Assembly (NCBI GenBank): GCA_002050365.1 | Contig: MWYZ01000108.1 | Coordinates: 16,754-80,753 of the forward strand | Reading direction: 5' to 3' | DNA: 64,000 nucleotides | From: Acidobacteria bacterium 28-1 | Lineage (GTDB): Bacteria > Acidobacteriota > Blastocatellia > Pyrinomonadales > Pyrinomonadaceae | Shown: piece by piece, positions 17,714-26,314 of the stretch | How the letters are laid out: each line of letters begins with the position of its first letter | Numbering within the stretch: position 1 is the stretch's first letter | The notes under the pieces: model-generated | The model's database searches: none | Seen by the model: only the letters and a program-made list of their open reading frames with translations | Told to the model about the DNA's origin: nothing | Program-made: the position numbers and the translations under genes

Positions 17714-19054
17714 TTAAACTTCAACTTTCAAACGCGCCGGATTGCCGGTTACTTCAAACAATTCGCCGTGTGGCACGATCGTGATTTGCCCGAACTCTTC
17801 GAGCAGCGCGCGATACGCGTTTCCGACCGGACGAATCTTGCGCTCCAAATCGTAAAGTCCGCATTCGTTCACCTTTCCGCGTTTTTTGCCGAGCGCGGAA
17901 TCCCAGTCAACCTGGTCAATCAAGCTATACCAGGTAAAACCGAGAACCGGCACGCCGTCTTTCCGCATCCGCAAAATATTTATCCATTGTTTCCAAAGCC
18001 AATTCGACGCCTCTTCTGGGTCGAAGTGGTTCGTCTCTGTGTGCATCACCGGCTTTTTGTAGCGTTCGTAGTATTCCTTTGTGATTTGATACCAACCCAT
18101 CACGTCTTCGCCCGTGCAGGTCGTGCCGTCGGGCAGCAGGATTTTTTCATTATTTCCGTAATAATCGTTGCCCATAATCTGGTATCCGGGCGGCTCGCCC
18201 TTCATAAACCAATCGTATTCCTCGCGCGTCATCCCGTTGTCGAGCATAAATTGATAAACGTCGGCATCCGGTTGATGCGCGTAAAGCAAATCGAGCGACA
18301 ATAGTCGTTTTTTATTATCGAGCGCGATTTGCGGCGATTGTTCCGAACGGGCTTCATGCATATATTCGGCTGATTCCGATTGGACGATAACGCAGTCGGG
18401 GCGGCGTTGCGAGATAGCGTGATTGGCGAGAATGCTCGCGGCAACCGTGTGTTTCAAAGCCGTCACAAAACCTTTGTCGGATTTTAACTGCTCGTTCCAG
18501 ATGCCGTCTTTCGCGCTCAACTTCGCCGTCACGTAAATCTCGTTGACCGGCGTGTAATAACGCACCCAAGGGTAACGCTCGGCAACCGCGTCGGCGTATT
18601 CGGCAAACAGAACGGGCAGTTCGGGATTTTGAAAATCGCCGATCCAATTCGGAACGCCAAAGTGCATCAAATCGAGAATCGGCGTAATGTTCAAATGCTG
18701 CATTTCCTGCATCGCTTGGTCGGCGAATTCCCAATCGAACTTGCCCTTACCTTTGTGAATTTTGTAATACGGCAAACCGTAGCGCAGAACTTTCAAACCC
18801 AATTCTTGTACGAGCCGCAAATCTTCCTTCCAATGCTCGTAATGCCCGCATTCTTTTAAAAGGTCGCGCCGCGTTTTGCCGTGGTGAATCGTCGGATACG
18901 AGCATTCGATTCCGGTAGCAAACATAAAATTTCCGGGAAAGCCGTCAGGCAAGCCTCTGCCGGACATTCCCGCCGCGCCGCCGTGCTGGTCGCCCGCGTA
19001 ATTGCTGTCGCCGCGTTCCTTTTTTACAATGTCAAGAAAATTCTTTTTAGCCAT
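17714..19054 (-). CDS. Glycoside hydrolase family 1-like TIM-barrel protein
   Basis: FMFATGIECSYP..., the acid/base-like YYTPVNEIYV and the nucleophile-like VMHTETN resemble the NEP/TENG motifs of GH1-like enzymes. Confidence 0.7.
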   Translation of the reverse strand: MAKKNFLDIVKKERGDSNYAGDQHGGAAGMSGRGLPDGFPGNFMFATGIECSYPTIHHGKTRRDLLKECGHYEHWKEDLRLVQELGLKVLRYGLPYYKIHKGKGKFDWEFADQAMQEMQHLNITPILDLMHFGVPNWIGDFQNPELPVLFAEYADAVAERYPWVRYYTPVNEIYVTAKLSAKDGIWNEQLKSDKGFVTALKHTVAASILANHAISQRRPDCVIVQSESAEYMHEARSEQSPQIALDNKKRLLSLDLLYAHQPDADVYQFMLDNGMTREEYDWFMKGEPPGYQIMGNDYYGNNEKILLPDGTTCTGEDVMGWYQITKEYYERYKKPVMHTETNHFDPEEASNWLWKQWINILRMRKDGVPVLGFTWYSLIDQVDWDSALGKKRGKVNECGLYDLERKIRPVGNAYRALLEEFGQITIVPHGELFEVTGNPARLKVEV

Positions 19055-19084
19055 ATAATCCTCTACAGAGATTTAAGAATTATT

Positions 19085-19182
19085 AACCACAGATAGACAC
19101 AGATAAACACAGATAAAAGCAAGATAAAAACAATCTTTTTTATCTTCAAAAAATCTGTGTCTATCTGTGTCTATCTGTGGTT
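19085..19182. repeat. Long palindromic intergenic element with AACCAC...GTGGTT termini (CACAGATA variant)
   Basis: The left arm AACCACAGATAGACACAGATAAACACAGAT (19085-19114) and right arm ATCTGTGTCTATCTGTGTCTATCTGTGGTT (19153-19182) are complementary with 1 mismatch. The arms are tandem decamers CACAGATARA. The inner AAGATAAAAA/TTTTTATCTT is also palindromic. Confidence 0.8.
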
Positions 19183-19231
19183 TCATTTTCTCTGTATTTT
19201 TGTGATTCAAACTTAATCGTTCCTTATCGGT

Positions 19232-21370
19232 TTAATTTTGCAAAAAAATATCTGCCGTTCTGAGTGCTAAAGCCATAATCGTTAATGCCGGATTGACGCT
19301 CAACGCCGAAGGAAAAACCGAATTGTCGCAGATGTATAAATTCGGAATATCAAAACTTTGATTTTCCGAATTAACAACCGAATCCGCCGCGTCCATTCCC
19401 ATCCGGCAGGTCCCGATGATGTGCGCGTTGCGCTGAAACGTCCACATTTTTCTCGCGCCTGCTTCCGTCCAAATTTCGCGCATTAGTTTTTCGGCGTGTG
19501 CCGTCATTCGGTTTTCATTTTCGCCGTGTGAAAAATGAACGCGCGGTTTCTTAAGTCCGCGAGCATCGTTTTCGTCTGCCAATTCAAGAACATTATTTGC
19601 GTGCGGCAGGCAATCGCCCAAAATGTTGATGCCCGCCGTATTGTTATATGCGCTCATCCACTCATTTAATTCCGAGCCGAAAACTTTCTCGCCGCGAGCC
19701 AGTTGCGACGCGTAAGTGACGGGCATCACGCCGATTGATTGCAGCAAATAACCGCCCGCGAAATCCGCGTTTTTCGGACGGTGCGTGTCTTCTGAAATCA
19801 AACCGCCGGGAATACCTTTGTGCGGATAAATCGGTTCGTCGAAAACGCCCCAAATTTGAACGCCCGTGTGTGCCATAAAATTCTTGCCGACCTGTCCGCT
19901 TGAATTTGCAAGATTATTTATCAGAAGCAAGCGCGGCGTTTCGATTCCGCCCGCGCACAAAAAAACATTTTTGCACGGCTGCTTTTTCGTCTCGCCGTTT
20001 TGCGAATAAACGACTGCTTTGATTTTTTTGTTGGCATCAAATTCAAATTCGGTTACAAAACATTCGGAACGAATTTCCGCGCCAGATTTTACCGCCAGCG
20101 GCAGAAAAGTTACGTCCATCGAGCCTTTTGCGCCGACCGAACAACCGGCTTGGCAAAAGCCCCGATTTGTGCAGGCGTGCCGCAAACCAATTTGTTCCTG
20201 AAAATAATCTTGCGACAAAGCCGCGTTCGGTGCCGGCGCAGTTGTAATATTTAGTTTTTCGCAAGCGCGTTGCATCAATTGAGCCGCGCCGTTCAAAGGT
20301 AAAGGCAAAAGTGGATAACCTCGTTTTCTCGCTTTTCCCCACGGATACGGCGACGCGCCCGACACGCCTAAAAACCATTCGAGTTCATCGAAATACGGCT
20401 CTAAATCTTCGTAAGAAATCGCCCAATCGCGCCCGACTCCGAAATCCGAAAAAAGGCGAAAATCGTCCGCCTGCGGGCGCGGCGTGTAAGCCGTAAAATG
20501 CAGAGTCGAACCGCCCACGCCGCAGCCGGAATTATTGCTTCCGAACGCAACCGCGTTTTCGCCCGCACTCAATCGCTCGTCCGTCCAAAATAATTTACTT
20601 TGCTCGCGCTCGTCGGTGGCAAATCCGCGGTAATCAAATTTTTTTCCGGCTTCCAGAGCGACGACTTTCAATCCGGCTTGTGCAAGGCGCGCGAGAATCG
20701 GCGCGCCGCCCGCGCCCGTGCCGATTATGACAGCATCAACTTGATTTTGGATTTTGGATTTTGGATTTTGGATTTGAAGATTCTGATGCAGGTTTTCGAT
20801 TTTTCGACCTTGAACTTCGGACTCAAGACTTTGGCCTCCCAAATCCCAGCCGCGCGCGTCCGCGAAACCAATGTAGCCGATTTCTTCTAAAACAAGCGGA
20901 TGTGAGTAAAAAAGTTCGACGAATTCGGCGCAAATTTCTTCTAAAAATTTATCGGACGAAAATTCAAATTTGATTTCTCCGTTTTTTAAGCGGTGAAAAA
21001 TTTCGCGCCTTTGTTCGTTTTCGAGCGAAGCGAAGCGGTCGCTGAAAAGTTTTTCGGCAATTCGGTCAAATTCGCCGAGCGCGGTTCGATAAGCGTCGCC
21101 GTCGGGCGGTAGCGCGTCGTAACGCCAGCCGTTTCCTCTGCCAGCCGCCAGCCGCAAATCAATCTCGCCCGCGACAAACCGGCACGGCACGACCTCTGAG
21201 GGCGCGAGCGCGTCACAAATGCCTTTCAAAATTTCAAACTCGCGCTCGTCGAAAAAACGCGGTGGCATCTCGCGGGCGTTTAACCTTTCCTTTAATACGC
21301 GGCGCGTTTCGTCGGTTACAAAATCGCTGTCGAGTAGTTCGATAAAACTTTTTTCTGGAAAATTCTGCAT
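19232..21370 (-). CDS. Fusion protein: gluconate-2-dehydrogenase-subunit-3-like domain + GMC-family FAD oxidoreductase
   Basis: The N-terminus PRFFDEREFEILKGICDALAPSE...GWRYDALPPDGDAYR is subunit-3-like. From VDAVIIGTGAGGAP onward it is a GMC flavoprotein, with a C-terminal ...IGTCRMG...NLYICDNSVFP. Confidence 0.85.
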   Translation of the reverse strand: MQNFPEKSFIELLDSDFVTDETRRVLKERLNAREMPPRFFDEREFEILKGICDALAPSEVVPCRFVAGEIDLRLAAGRGNGWRYDALPPDGDAYRTALGEFDRIAEKLFSDRFASLENEQRREIFHRLKNGEIKFEFSSDKFLEEICAEFVELFYSHPLVLEEIGYIGFADARGWDLGGQSLESEVQGRKIENLHQNLQIQNPKSKIQNQVDAVIIGTGAGGAPILARLAQAGLKVVALEAGKKFDYRGFATDEREQSKLFWTDERLSAGENAVAFGSNNSGCGVGGSTLHFTAYTPRPQADDFRLFSDFGVGRDWAISYEDLEPYFDELEWFLGVSGASPYPWGKARKRGYPLLPLPLNGAAQLMQRACEKLNITTAPAPNAALSQDYFQEQIGLRHACTNRGFCQAGCSVGAKGSMDVTFLPLAVKSGAEIRSECFVTEFEFDANKKIKAVVYSQNGETKKQPCKNVFLCAGGIETPRLLLINNLANSSGQVGKNFMAHTGVQIWGVFDEPIYPHKGIPGGLISEDTHRPKNADFAGGYLLQSIGVMPVTYASQLARGEKVFGSELNEWMSAYNNTAGINILGDCLPHANNVLELADENDARGLKKPRVHFSHGENENRMTAHAEKLMREIWTEAGARKMWTFQRNAHIIGTCRMGMDAADSVVNSENQSFDIPNLYICDNSVFPSALSVNPALTIMALALRTADIFLQN
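20743..20777. repeat. Heptanucleotide tandem repeat (GATTTTG x4 perfect + 1 degenerate) inside the coding sequence
   Basis: Perfect units at 20743-49, 20750-56, 20757-63 and 20764-70, then GATTTGA. It encodes the interdomain linker IQNPKSKIQNQ of the fusion protein. Confidence 0.9.
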
Positions 21371-22140
21371 TAATTTTCTTTTGGATAATTCGGCAATTCT
21401 TTATCAATAACGCTTAAAAAAACCGTTTTCGTTCGCGCGTAAATTTCCGCCGCGAGCAGCATCGCTAATGGCGGAGCGACGAAATAAATCCACAGATGCT
21501 CCCATTTATTCGCCGCCAGAGCCGCTGCAAACGAACGCGCCGGATTCAAACTCATACCGGAAAACGGAAGTTCAAAGATTAAATAAAGCGCAATCAGAAC
21601 GCCTGTTACAACAGCGGCGTATTTTTCCAATCGTTTTGAACTGATGAAGATTAAGACGACGAACATCAAGACAAACGAGATGATAAATTCAGCGACGAAA
21701 GCGGTCATCGGAACGTGCGGCGGCTTCATTTCGGTGACGCCGAAATTGACAAGCGGATGTGCAAACCATTTGCCGAGCCAAAATCTTAAAACTAAAGCCG
21801 CCGCAATTGCTCCGACAAACTGTGCGGCGGTATAAAAACAGGCGTCGGCAAAATTGATTTTTCCCAACCGGAAGAACGCCCAGGTTGTCGCCGGATTGAT
21901 GTGGGCGCCTGATTTTTTACCGAATAAATAAACTATTCCGGAAATATACGCGCCCATCAAAATTCCGAGCGGAATGCGCCGCCAAATTGCGTTTTCTTCG
22001 CCGCCGAACGAACTTTGCATCGCCGGAAAATTGGGGTGTTCGAGAAAAACCGTCAAAAGTCCCGCGCCCAAAACAAAACCTGCTAGCCCGACAGTTTCCA
22101 TTAAATACTCGCGCCGGTGCCGTTTGAAAAGTTCAAGCAT
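21370..22140 (-). CDS. MIP/aquaporin family channel
   Basis: Two NPA boxes (HINPATT, SLNPARS) and six hydrophobic segments. The stop overlaps the downstream ATG. Confidence 0.9.
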   Translation of the reverse strand: MLELFKRHRREYLMETVGLAGFVLGAGLLTVFLEHPNFPAMQSSFGGEENAIWRRIPLGILMGAYISGIVYLFGKKSGAHINPATTWAFFRLGKINFADACFYTAAQFVGAIAAALVLRFWLGKWFAHPLVNFGVTEMKPPHVPMTAFVAEFIISFVLMFVVLIFISSKRLEKYAAVVTGVLIALYLIFELPFSGMSLNPARSFAAALAANKWEHLWIYFVAPPLAMLLAAEIYARTKTVFLSVIDKELPNYPKEN

Positions 22141-23013
22141 TTAATCGCTCGACATTTTGCCGCCCGTTACGTCCAGCAAACAGCCCGTAACAAAACTGCC
22201 GTCTTCCGACGCGAGAAAAACGTAAGCGGGAGCTAGTTCTTCGGGTTGTCCGGGACGTTTTAAAGCGACTTCGTGACCGAAGTTTTCGACTTCCTCAATC
22301 GGCATCGTGCCGGGAATGTTCGGTGTCCAAACCGGACCCGGAACAACGCAATTGACGCGGATTTCTTTTTCACCGAGATTCGTCGCCAGCGATTTTGTAA
22401 AAGAATGAATCGCGCCCTTAGTCGAAGTGTAATCAATCAAAATCGGGTTGCCGACGCGCCCGACGATGCTGCCCGTATTGATAATCGCGTCGCCTTTTTT
22501 CAAATGCGGCAAAGCGGCTTGCGCCATAAAAAAGTAACCCAGAATATTCGTTTCAAAGGTTCGGCGCAAATCTTCTTCCTCGATGTCTTCAAAGTTTTTT
22601 TGCGCCTTTTGAAAAGCGGCGTTGTTGACGAGAATGTTCAAGTCGCCGAACTCACCGACGCATTTTTCAACCGCGTCAAAACACATTTGCCGGTAACGCA
22701 CGTCGGATTTAATCACCAGACACTCGCCGCCGTTTGCTTCACATAATCGCTTTGTTTCTTCCGCGTCTTCCGTGTTTTCGTTATACACGATTGCGACGTT
22801 CGCGCCTTCCTTGCAAAATGCAATCGCCACAGCGCGCCCGATGCCGGAATCCGCGCCCGTTATAATAGCGACTTTGCCTTTTAATTTGCCTGCCGCCAGA
22901 TAATTCGATAAATCCGAATCCGGCTGCCGCTTCATATCCGATTGTTTTGCCGGATAGGGAAGTTTTTCTCCTCTAATGTCTTTGGCTTTCGGTCTTTGTT
23001 CGTTATCATTCAT
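22141..23013 (-). CDS. SDR family oxidoreductase (YdaD/YghA-like general-stress type)
   Basis: GKVAIITGADSGIGRAVAIAF is a Rossmann TGxxxGxG motif. NNAA is present, but I did not locate an active-site YxxxK motif in the translation. ATG 23013 follows a GAGGGAGA RBS, whereas the track start 23046 is GTG. Confidence 0.85.
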   Translation of the reverse strand: MNDNEQRPKAKDIRGEKLPYPAKQSDMKRQPDSDLSNYLAAGKLKGKVAIITGADSGIGRAVAIAFCKEGANVAIVYNENTEDAEETKRLCEANGGECLVIKSDVRYRQMCFDAVEKCVGEFGDLNILVNNAAFQKAQKNFEDIEEEDLRRTFETNILGYFFMAQAALPHLKKGDAIINTGSIVGRVGNPILIDYTSTKGAIHSFTKSLATNLGEKEIRVNCVVPGPVWTPNIPGTMPIEEVENFGHEVALKRPGQPEELAPAYVFLASEDGSFVTGCLLDVTGGKMSSD

Positions 23014-23334
23014 ACAAATCTCCCTCTGCTCCATAAAAAATATCACATCTTTAAAAATTTCACATCTTTATTGTGTGAGATACATTACAGAACAAATTAT
23101 TATTGAAATCAATTTTGAGAAGATTTTATTCCCGGCGCGAAGGAAAACGGCGGCGTTTTTGCGTCCGGGAATTTTTATCGGGCAAAAACGGCTTTATGTT
23201 AGAATGCGGGTGATAACTTAAATTTTCGACCGCGGCGGACGGTAGCCGATTAACAAACAATGAACGGTAAAAAATTCATGCGGTCTAAAACAAGCGAAAA
23301 ATTTACAACGGTATAATAAGGGAAATGGGAAATT

Positions 23335-24225
23335 ATGCCAAACCTTAACGAAAAAAAATGTGAAGTCGTCCAGGTCCGCCTTGATGCGTATATGGACGGC
23401 GAACTCGGCGATGAGATAGCCGGAAATATCACCCGACATTTAGAATTCTGCGCCGATTGCAGCGAATCCGCCCATGCAATTTTGCACGCCAAAACACTTC
23501 TTCGGCGCGCCGTGCAGAACGAGGTTGCGCCGAACGCTTTGCGCGAAACGATTCAAAAACAAATTCACGCCGAGCCGCGTCTTTTCAGATTTTTATTTGT
23601 TCGCAAATTTTTGACAGCGGCGACGGCGATTGTTTTGTTTGTCTGTTTCGGGCTATTCGGCATCTTCGTCTGGCAGCGCCGTTCGCCGTCAAATCTCGCC
23701 GGTAAATCAAGCCCGAGTCAAACTTTTCCCGGACAAATTACTGAATTGCTTCGCATCGGATTGGGCGACCACGTTCACTGCGCTCTCGAAGAAGGCTATG
23801 CCGAGCGGCATTATACCGTTGAGGAAATGTCCGGCAAACTCGGAGCGGAATACGCCGGTTTAGTGCCGCTGATAAAAGAAAAGGCTGACGACGGATTTGA
23901 TGTCGTCGCCGCCCATCACTGCACGATTGACGAAAGAAATTTCGTTCATCTGATTTTGAGAAAAAACGAAAAAATTCTCTCACTGATTATTACTAAAAAG
24001 AACGGCGAAACTTTTTCCGGTCGTGGCGGCATCGCGCTTTTGCAATCGTCGGGCATTGCGCTGTATCAAGAAGCGATTCAAAATTACGCCGTCGCGGGGT
24101 TTGAAACCGAAACTGATTTGGTCTTTTTCATTTCCAATTTGACGAACGCGGAAAACTTGCAGATTGCTTCAAACGCCGCGCCCGCCGTGCAAAATTTTCT
24201 TGAAAAATCGAGTGTCAATTTATAG
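23335..24225 (+). CDS. Putative zinc-finger (zf-HC2) anti-sigma factor, membrane-spanning
   Basis: The N-terminus CEVVQVRLDAYMDGELGDEIAGNITRHLEFCADCSESAHAIL has the H-x3-C-x2-C pattern. There is one TM segment (LTAATAIVLFVCFGLFGIFVW). Confidence 0.7.
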   Translation: MPNLNEKKCEVVQVRLDAYMDGELGDEIAGNITRHLEFCADCSESAHAILHAKTLLRRAVQNEVAPNALRETIQKQIHAEPRLFRFLFVRKFLTAATAIVLFVCFGLFGIFVWQRRSPSNLAGKSSPSQTFPGQITELLRIGLGDHVHCALEEGYAERHYTVEEMSGKLGAEYAGLVPLIKEKADDGFDVVAAHHCTIDERNFVHLILRKNEKILSLIITKKNGETFSGRGGIALLQSSGIALYQEAIQNYAVAGFETETDLVFFISNLTNAENLQIASNAAPAVQNFLEKSSVNL

Positions 24226-24303
24226 TCGAAAGGGCTAGAATAAATTTACTCTTTAAAGAGTTACATCAACGAAAGGTAAAAGGCAAAGAAACAGAAACGG
24301 GAA

Positions 24304-25050
24304 ATGAGCGGCGACACATTGAAACGATACAAAGCGGAATTTCCTTTCGGCGAACACCACGATTGCCGCGCTTTGACGACTTTGACGATTGAGCATCTGC
24401 CGCCGGACGGCTCGCTCGGCAAACAGCTTGAGTTCGGGCGCGGAGTGGATGTCTGGCAGCCGGGCGACCGTTCGGACAGTCTTTATTTCATCAAAAGCGG
24501 GCAAGCCGCTTTGATTGCGAGCAGCATCGAAGGGAACGAAATTGTGCTGAATGTGTTCGATGCGGGCGAACCGTTCGGCGAACTTTGTTTTTGCGGCAGA
24601 GGCGATACGGCACACCGTCAGAATTGGGCGCGGGCGACGACCGAAAGCACTATCGTTGAAATCAAACTCGCGGATTTTCTGAATTATCTGCAAGATAACA
24701 GCGAAATACTCGGCGCGTTTGTTTTTACTTTCTGCATCCGGCTTGCCGACGCTTTGCGGCGCGTCGAGATTCTCAGCTATCGCGGCGCGGAAGAACGACT
24801 CGGAATGTTATTGCTGCATCTTGCCAGCACGCGCGAAAAGCGCATTATCAAAGAAAGAACAGGTCAAGTCGAGTTGCTCGTAACGCACGACGATTTGGCG
24901 CGAATGGCGGCGATGAGCCGGCAACACGTAACAATTACTCTGGGGCGTTTGCGACAGGCGGGAATTGTCAATTATAAACGCGGGCATCCATTGACGCTTC
25001 AGCCCGACGCGCTGACGGATTATCTAACCAACAAAAGCTTTAAACGATAA
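24304..25050 (+). CDS. Crp/Fnr family transcriptional regulator
   Basis: The cNMP-binding-like segment is YFIKSGQAALIASSIEGNEIVLNVFDAGEPFGE. The C-terminal HTH is LARMAAMSRQHVTITLGRLRQAGIV. Confidence 0.85.
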   Translation: MSGDTLKRYKAEFPFGEHHDCRALTTLTIEHLPPDGSLGKQLEFGRGVDVWQPGDRSDSLYFIKSGQAALIASSIEGNEIVLNVFDAGEPFGELCFCGRGDTAHRQNWARATTESTIVEIKLADFLNYLQDNSEILGAFVFTFCIRLADALRRVEILSYRGAEERLGMLLLHLASTREKRIIKERTGQVELLVTHDDLARMAAMSRQHVTITLGRLRQAGIVNYKRGHPLTLQPDALTDYLTNKSFKR

Positions 25051-25192
25051 GCGTAATTTTTACCAAGCGCGAGTAAAATGACGATTGAATATCTGGTTTT
25101 GTATAGAAGTGATTTTATTACCACGCAAGACAACGGTTAATGAGGAAGTTTGCTTTTACCTACCAAAGTTCTCAGCGAAAAAATAAATATTT

Positions 25193-25216
25193 TATATGTC
25201 ACCGGGCTGACATATA
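25193..25216. promoter_or_regulatory. Perfect palindrome TATATGTCA-N6-TGACATATA (TGTCA-N6-TGACA core) upstream of the ECF sigma gene
   Basis: The 9-nt arms are at 25193-25201 and 25208-25216. The right arm overlaps a TATAAT hexamer (25213-25218). The centre lies about 100 nt upstream of ATG 25305 and directly downstream of the Crp/Fnr gene. Confidence 0.4.
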
Positions 25217-25304
25217 ATAATTTTTTTTCTAACGTAAGATTCACTCATTAGAAACGAATTTGCGTCCGGTTATTCCGGAAAAACTTTCGTATCAGAGAGG
25301 ATTT

Positions 25305-25895
25305 ATGCCGACTTTAAAGGAAAATACGATAAAAGATTTTGAAGCGGAAGCGATGCCGCATTTAAACGAGCTTTACCGCACTGCCTTGAAATTTACGAAA
25401 AATCAATCAGAAGCCGAAGACTTAATTCAGGAAGTTTTTCTGCAAGCGTGGAAATCATTCGGGTGCTATAAACTCGGAACTAATTGCCGGGCGTGGCTGC
25501 ATAAAATCCTTTCCAACAAGCTGAAACGCTTTTATTTTAACAATAAAAAATTTAAGTTCGTCGAAGACGGCGACGAAGCATTGAAGAGCTTGGTTTTCAA
25601 ACCCGCAATCGCCGAATCTCTCCGCGACGAGGAAATAATCGCCAGTCTTAAACACATTCCGCCGTGTTTTCGAGAAGTAGTGCTGCTTGCCGATGTCGAA
25701 GAATTTTCTTATCGGGAAATCGCCGAAATCTTGGACATTCCCGTCGGAACGGTGATGTCGCGCATCAGCCGCGGCAGAAAATTGTTGCGAATCGAGATGA
25801 TGAATTTAGCCGATTCCATCAACTCCAAATTTGAAGGTAAAAAAGAATCTATCAATGTTGTAAAGTTTTTACTCGGAAAACTCAAAATAGCGTGA
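25305..25895 (+). CDS. ECF-type RNA polymerase sigma-70 family factor
   Basis: Region 2 is EAEDLIQEVFLQAWKSF and region 4 is FSYREIAEILDIPVGTVMSRISRGRKLLR. ATG 25305 follows an AGAGAGGA RBS. Confidence 0.85.
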   Translation: MPTLKENTIKDFEAEAMPHLNELYRTALKFTKNQSEAEDLIQEVFLQAWKSFGCYKLGTNCRAWLHKILSNKLKRFYFNNKKFKFVEDGDEALKSLVFKPAIAESLRDEEIIASLKHIPPCFREVVLLADVEEFSYREIAEILDIPVGTVMSRISRGRKLLRIEMMNLADSINSKFEGKKESINVVKFLLGKLKIA

Positions 25896-26006
25896 ATCAG
25901 ATTGATTGATAATTATGCGGGAATAATAAAGAACCTTTTGGGGATTATTAAAGTATGTGAATCAACACTAAAAAGAAAATCCAGTTTAATAAAAAGTCAA
26001 TTTCTT

Positions 26007-26122
26007 GTCGGGAGCGCAGGCATCTTGCCTGCCACGACGCGAAGCGTCGCAGAAATTGCTGATTATCAACCGTTTTAGATTGCTGGCACAATCCGTGCAG
26101 GCAAGATGCCTGCGTTCCCGAC
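26007..26122. repeat. MITE-like palindromic element with 26-nt terminal inverted repeats
   Basis: GTCGGGAGCGCAGGCATCTTGCCTGC (26007-26032) is complementary, with 1 mismatch, to GCAGGCAAGATGCCTGCGTTCCCGAC (26097-26122). Each arm contains its own small palindrome GCAGGCA-N3-TGCCTGC. Confidence 0.75.
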
Positions 26123-26314
26123 TAAAACACTTCTTTGTATTAACTTTCCTAGTATTGATTCACACAAAGTTATGAAGCAAAGATTCCGCGAAGTCCGTTG
26201 AGTAATAAAAGACGTAAAACGAAAATACCAATGCTTCGGCAAAGGGTAAATTCTCGGCTGAACATAGACGGATGAGCGTCACTTTTGCCAAAATACGTCA
26301 AAAGGGAAATTATT

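Noticed and set aside
19085-19182. Whether the periodic CACAGATARA units (and the related elements at 11685 and 52816) could be a small CRISPR array.
   Set aside because: The units are 10 nt and directly abutting, with no spacers. They are arranged as two inverted arms, and there are no cas genes in the window.
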